This document shows positions 25,194 through 29,204 of a DNA stretch of 29,204 nt, piece after piece. The DNA lies in IMG/VR virus record IMGVR_UViG_3300020474_000074, positions 1 through 29,204 of that record; one strand, 5' to 3'. Both the position numbers and the translations under genes were made by a program. The notes beneath the pieces were generated by a model, which was not told the DNA's origin, did no database searches, and worked only from the letters and a program-made list of their open reading frames with translations. Each line of letters opens with the position of its first letter. Position 1 is the first letter of the stretch. This DNA comes from a virus. Lineage: Duplodnaviria; Caudoviricetes.

Positions 25194-27533
25194 TTAACAA
25201 AAGAAGTAAGTGGATTCAATTACGGATTCCGGTTCAAGGTCTCCAATAATCGGTGGTTCAGTCTTTGCGCCTATTTGGTCAGCAAAGTCTTGTAAGTAAT
25301 TGTGTTCGGCAAATAGGTGCATATATGTCTCTCGTACAATTGCACTGAGAGCAGACATGTCGGTAGCACGACACAATACAGAATCATGGATGAGAGCGAT
25401 CGGTGCATTGAAAGCTAATGCACTGAAGTGGAGCAAGGAAGCATCGAGTGAATGTATTAAGTTAGGTGCTGTTGCATTCTTGTGGTGTTGTTTGTCAACT
25501 TCGTCACTATCTTGTGTAGCAACTTCTAACTCACAACGACCAAGCAGTTGTAATTTAACTGTTACAACTTCTTTTTTCATAAGTTTTTGATTAACAACAA
25601 AACCTGATGGTGTAGACCAAGTTAGTTCTGTTTTACCCAAGTCAATTGCTTTAGCAACCTCCTCTTCAATCCAACTCATGACAGCCATAGGACCAGGTAC
25701 GACCTCATCCATAGCATTTCTAACAGCCTCAACAGTTTTTGTCAAGTCATCTTTATCAATCTCAATACCCTTTTCTTTTAGTGCGTCCTTGATGTACCCA
25801 CGATTTGAGAAAGGTTTTGCATTATAAGGTACGGTCATCACTACTCTTTTGACTACCTTTCTATCCATATAATTACGAATAGAATTAGGGCAGAAAGGAG
25901 TAGCAGTACGAGCGACGACAGCATAAGCATCCTGTGGTTTATCAGATGGTATAACATTAACAAGACTAGCAGTATTCTTATCTTTAGCAAGACCTGCTAG
26001 TATCTGTAACCCGCTACAAGTAGCATCTGTGGCTACAGGCAAACTTGTAAAATTACGATCACACTTAAGCACACAATGATAATACTCATCACATGCTGCC
26101 AAAAACTGCCATGGCTCATCAGCTACTTCCCAGTCGTGAATGTGTAAGATAGGATCACTAGCGACACAAGATATAAGATGAGTATTATCCTTTACCCAAT
26201 CTAATCTTTCTTGCATTGTAGCTTTATCTAGACCATACGTAGTTGCTACTTGAAATGCTAACCAATCTTCAGCTTCAGGAGTCATGTAAGACGGTTCAGC
26301 AAAAGACAATAAACTTTTTCCAAAGTCTGTGTCTTGTGGTGTTAAGAATGAAGGGATTGGGTAAGCTCTACCTCTGTAATCAAAAGACCAAGGAATAAAG
26401 AATTTATCTTTACTCTTAAATCTTTGTACAGCTTCCATTGTCATTCTTGTTCTACATGACTTCTTAAACTCTTGAGCTTGTAAATTGTAAACAGCAGCAG
26501 CTTGTCTGTTATAACTATGACGAGCTTCTTTATTATCTGCTATATCTACAGGCTTAGGAGGTAAGTCATGCTGAATAATAGGGAGAAACTTACCGACAGC
26601 TCGTTCCAATCTATCTAGTTCTTCCGCTACACCCACAGTGAATGGGTTTAGACGATAAGCAACCTTCTGAATTCGGTTCAAAAACTCAATAGGTCTCTCT
26701 CCCTGTATACATCCGCCCGTACCGCGTCTAACCATATCATGGCCTCTCATCACCTCATTTAGGATGTAACCGCCACATTTTTCATGTGTCCAGTCATTAG
26801 GTTCAATAAGCATTGGCCATGCAAGTGGGCTGAATAACTCAGCATCACGCATTACTGCGTCCTTGATCTCAAGAAATTCTGCAGTCGGTACAACATATTG
26901 AACACGTTTACGTCCTTCTTGTTGCATGTCTTTTGTGAACCACCCGATGCTTTGCATGATGCAGTCAAGTAACCAGCCTCCAAGTTTAATGCGATTAGCT
27001 CTGCCCCATGCATCCCATTGTTTAACGTCATAACGATTCATCAAAGTACGGATCACAACTATTTTTTGTTGTGTACCTATTGAACGATGCCAATAGTTCT
27101 CTTTTAATACATGTAGAAGTCCTGGTGCATGTTTTTCGTAGTGTCTCATTTGACACTCTTGCTCAACAGCAATACCTATGGCATCACACACATTTACTGC
27201 TTGATTACTTTTATCTTTATATGAAAAGACTTTATCAAAAGTTAATTTAACAGCTAAAGCAGCAGCAGCAAGAGGCTCAACATCAGCAAGATACCGTTGA
27301 ATCTCTTTGAATGTTTTACCTGCTTCACCTTTAGTCAACCTAGTTGTAGTATTTTCAATACGTCTAACCACAAGAGGCAACAAGGTATCAATAGAAGCAG
27401 CCCCATATACAGTAGCAGACGCATAAGATTTACTCTCTAAATCGTAGGTGTTCTTATGTAAACGCTTGAGACCTTGTGAAATAGCATCACGCTCAAATTG
27501 GATCTGTTCGTCTATTTGTGCTGGTGTTGGCAA
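25194..27533 (-). CDS. T7-like single-subunit RNA polymerase (gp1)
   Basis: DYRGRAY, DATCSGLQ, RKVVKRVVMTVPY, PNLIHSLDAS and IHDS. TTG start preceded by GAGGAGG. Confidence 0.97.
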   Translation of the reverse strand: MPTPAQIDEQIQFERDAISQGLKRLHKNTYDLESKSYASATVYGAASIDTLLPLVVRRIENTTTRLTKGEAGKTFKEIQRYLADVEPLAAAALAVKLTFDKVFSYKDKSNQAVNVCDAIGIAVEQECQMRHYEKHAPGLLHVLKENYWHRSIGTQQKIVVIRTLMNRYDVKQWDAWGRANRIKLGGWLLDCIMQSIGWFTKDMQQEGRKRVQYVVPTAEFLEIKDAVMRDAELFSPLAWPMLIEPNDWTHEKCGGYILNEVMRGHDMVRRGTGGCIQGERPIEFLNRIQKVAYRLNPFTVGVAEELDRLERAVGKFLPIIQHDLPPKPVDIADNKEARHSYNRQAAAVYNLQAQEFKKSCRTRMTMEAVQRFKSKDKFFIPWSFDYRGRAYPIPSFLTPQDTDFGKSLLSFAEPSYMTPEAEDWLAFQVATTYGLDKATMQERLDWVKDNTHLISCVASDPILHIHDWEVADEPWQFLAACDEYYHCVLKCDRNFTSLPVATDATCSGLQILAGLAKDKNTASLVNVIPSDKPQDAYAVVARTATPFCPNSIRNYMDRKVVKRVVMTVPYNAKPFSNRGYIKDALKEKGIEIDKDDLTKTVEAVRNAMDEVVPGPMAVMSWIEEEVAKAIDLGKTELTWSTPSGFVVNQKLMKKEVVTVKLQLLGRCELEVATQDSDEVDKQHHKNATAPNLIHSLDASLLHFSALAFNAPIALIHDSVLCRATDMSALSAIVRETYMHLFAEHNYLQDFADQIGAKTEPPIIGDLEPESVIESTYFFC

Positions 27534-27639
27534 ATAAATCCTCCTCTGCGTCCTTGTGATCGGTGAATGTGTAGCATTGAGCTAGTTCAGGATAGTCCTC
27601 ACTAAACTCTTCAAACTGTTCAATCGTAATCAGGCTCAT
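27493..27639 (-). CDS. Hypothetical acidic protein, ~48 aa
   Basis: ATG at 27639 (MSLITIEQFEEFSEDYPELA...). Overlaps the RNAP start. Confidence 0.5.
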   Translation of the reverse strand: MSLITIEQFEEFSEDYPELAQCYTFTDHKDAEEDLFANTSTNRRTDPI

Positions 27640-27931
27640 AATTAGGGGTGATAAAGTGTAAACTGTTTTCAGTGCAGACAACAATCTCGCTGCCTTTTAA
27701 CATTAGCTTTTTAATCTTGTTATCAGCAGCATGACGTTTTTGATAGACATATTCTTTTACTTTGCCTTTAGGTGTTGTTTCTCGGATAATACAACATACA
27801 GAACTAGGTAGCTCCCAACCACTTAACTTCCAATCACAAAACTCACCATAAGTTGGTGCATAAAGGAACTCATCAGGTATTTCCTTCCATTGTTGCCAAT
27901 TATTCGGCAAATAAGGTTTCTTGTTATTCAT
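27620..27931 (-). CDS. Conserved cyanopodovirus early hypothetical protein
   Basis: 103 aa 'PNNWQ.W...WELPSSVCCIIR...KVKEYVY'. Confidence 0.7.
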   Translation of the reverse strand: MNNKKPYLPNNWQQWKEIPDEFLYAPTYGEFCDWKLSGWELPSSVCCIIRETTPKGKVKEYVYQKRHAADNKIKKLMLKGSEIVVCTENSLHFITPNYEPDYD

Positions 27932-28085
27932 TTAGCTCTAAATAAACATCTCTTAAGTATTGTGATCCACCGGACAATTCAACTGCAGTCCATATGGCTA
28001 CATCTGAATCGGGTGCTAATAAATATCGCACCTGACCATCTGTTGTAGTATAGCACCACGTCTTAAGATTCTGTTTCTTTAGCAT
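27924..28085 (-). CDS. Hypothetical protein, 53 aa (MLKKQNLKTWCYTTTDGQVRYLLAPDS...)
   Basis: Read by hand. Overlaps both neighbours. Confidence 0.55.
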   Translation of the reverse strand: MLKKQNLKTWCYTTTDGQVRYLLAPDSDVAIWTAVELSGGSQYLRDVYLELNE

Positions 28086-28257
28086 TAGATTTACGTGCTT
28101 TGGTTGTTCGTTGCGTCCTTGGTTTAGGAGTTGTGAATGTGTCGCGTTCTGCTAACTCTTCATAAATTGCTGTCCATTTATGATTAGGATAGTGATGAAG
28201 AAAACATAAGATAGCGTTCTTGATGAAGTAATCATCATCATAAGATTTAGATTGCAT
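28063..28257 (-). CDS. Hypothetical early protein
   Basis: 64-aa ATG ORF on the coding strand. Confidence 0.6.
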   Translation of the reverse strand: MQSKSYDDDYFIKNAILCFLHHYPNHKWTAIYEELAERDTFTTPKPRTQRTTKARKSNAKETES

Positions 28258-28259
28258 AG

Positions 28260-28394
28260 TTAAATGATGTCGTCTGGTTTAATGTACTGTGCCTTGAGAG
28301 CCTCTGCACGCTCCCTTAGTCTCTTTAGTTGTCTTTGTACCCACAGCGTTTGAAAGCCTGCTGTGGGCGCTTGTGGACGTGTCTCAGGTGTCAT
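28260..28394 (-). CDS. Hypothetical early protein, 44 aa (MTPETRPQ...KPDDII)
   Basis: Read by hand. Tiles the gap between neighbours. Confidence 0.5.
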   Translation of the reverse strand: MTPETRPQAPTAGFQTLWVQRQLKRLRERAEALKAQYIKPDDII

Positions 28395-28533
28395 CTGATG
28401 CTATCTCGATAGAATGAATTGTATAATCTAGTTTGTTGAGACGTTCTACTTCTTTGTCCATTACTTTTTCAGAACCGACAAACAATGAACGCATCTCATT
28501 TAAAAAATTACAGTAGTAGTTAATCCTGATCAT
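28384..28533 (-). CDS. Hypothetical early protein, 49 aa (MIRINYYCNF...)
   Basis: Read by hand. TAATG overlap with the upstream ORF. Confidence 0.55.
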   Translation of the reverse strand: MIRINYYCNFLNEMRSLFVGSEKVMDKEVERLNKLDYTIHSIEIASDDT

Positions 28534-28727
28534 TAATTTATCTTATCAAAGAATGGATGGTTAAAGAATTCAGGATATAGTTTAGAGTTATCCATAATTT
28601 GATTGGCAATTGCATCAATGTCATGCCTTTCACCCTCTCCAATGAGTTGTTCAACAATCAATTGATAAGCATACTGAGCTGCAAACTTATCCAAACCATA
28701 GACATATTCTGCTGACATAGTGTTCAT
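28533..28727 (-). CDS. Hypothetical early protein
   Basis: 64 aa, preceded by AGGAG, ATGA overlap with the upstream ORF. Confidence 0.6.
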   Translation of the reverse strand: MNTMSAEYVYGLDKFAAQYAYQLIVEQLIGEGERHDIDAIANQIMDNSKLYPEFFNHPFFDKIN

Positions 28728-28843
28728 TTAGTTCTCCTGTAGTAGTTAGAGCTAACACGATTAGCTCGTTGATACACTGTTGCTGTGGCAAATAAGCCTA
28801 CCATTCCAATAATGGCAAGGATGATTGTTGTTTCAGTTGGCAT
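28724..28843 (-). CDS. Small single-pass membrane protein, 39 aa
   Basis: ATG at 28843. Hydrophobic IILAIIGMVGLFATATVY followed by a basic tail. Confidence 0.6.
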   Translation of the reverse strand: MPTETTIILAIIGMVGLFATATVYQRANRVSSNYYRRTK

Positions 28844-28974
28844 AAGTCGTTGCTGCGTCCTTGTAATGCGAAGTGAATGTGTTGAATGTGAAATCCGCCG
28901 CAATGTATTATTAATTACGACGGATTGTGATTGCAAGTAATAATAATCAATTAATACTGTTTAATAATAATTAA

Positions 28975-29202
28975 TTAGAAGTTACGATTGAAGAAATAGT
29001 ATTCACACTCGTGATAAATTGCAAAGTAATCATATTGAATTGATTGATACCATACTAACTCCCAATCAATTGCACTTTCTAAATAGACTGGCATCTTGTC
29101 AAGAATATCACTATTAATATCATATAGCAAGTCCTCACAAAATGTTGACTCGTCACGATAACAGCCAGAGTAAGCATCATCTAACGTTTCTTCGTTGTCG
29201 AT
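28975..29202 (-). CDS. ArdA-like anti-restriction protein, C-terminal fragment (5' end outside window)
   Basis: Read by hand: ...ETLDDAYSGCYRDESTFCEDLL...MPVYLESAIDWELVWYQSIQYDY...YYFFNRNF*. Acidic and aromatic, resembling the ArdA C-terminal pattern Y.G.Y....F.E...P..L...ID[YW]E......DY.....Y.F. Confidence 0.6.
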   Translation of the reverse strand: MDNEETLDDAYSGCYRDESTFCEDLLYDINSDILDKMPVYLESAIDWELVWYQSIQYDYFAIYHECEYYFFNRNF

Positions 29203-29204
29203 AC

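Larger units (their letters stand above)
27547..28882 (-). repeat. Three copies of the bipartite motif ACACATTCAC-N(6/11/9)-CAAGGACGCA
   Basis: Exact 10-mers at 27547-27572, 28112-28142 and 28854-28882. Confidence 0.8.

Noticed and set aside
28844-28936. TTG-started N-terminal extension of the 28724 ORF, and a possible sigma70 promoter (TTGCAA...TAATAAT)
   Set aside because: The extension crosses an AT-rich intergenic tract containing the repeat motif, so ATG 28843 is more plausible. The promoter match is too weak to call.
1-29204. T7-type 23-bp phage RNAP promoters
   Set aside because: No fixed-length conserved repeat found by eye upstream of middle or late genes. A motif search would be needed.

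Overview
About 29 kb of a T7-like marine cyanophage (cyanopodovirus, Autographiviridae). Every credible gene is on the minus strand, so the genome reads right to left. Early region: an ArdA-like anti-restriction fragment, small ORFs and the phage RNA polymerase. Replication block: SSB, endonuclease I, primase-helicase, a DNA polymerase split over two overlapping frames, exonuclease, an overprinted NblA-like gene, DUF3310, MazG-like protein and a two-subunit RNR. Structural block: portal, scaffold, major capsid, tail tubular A/B and internal virion proteins. Between scaffold and capsid lies a ~6.5 kb accessory island with hli, small basic peptides, a lysozyme-like protein, an OMP-like protein, two collagen-like fibres and psbA. 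Most notable: (1) a Downstream-peptide (glutamine-II) riboswitch after psbA whose P2 loop holds most of a 60-aa gene, with its start codon in the stem and its stop in the aptamer core; (2) a D1 ending exactly at mature Ala344, with no CtpA-cleaved extension; (3) two tRNA-half-like elements bracketing the psbA/riboswitch cassette; (4) a strand-polarised bipartite repeat ACACATTCAC-N6-11-CAAGGACGCA in the early region; (5) a candidate -1 frameshift in the DNA polymerase. All family calls come from motif recognition by eye, not database searches.
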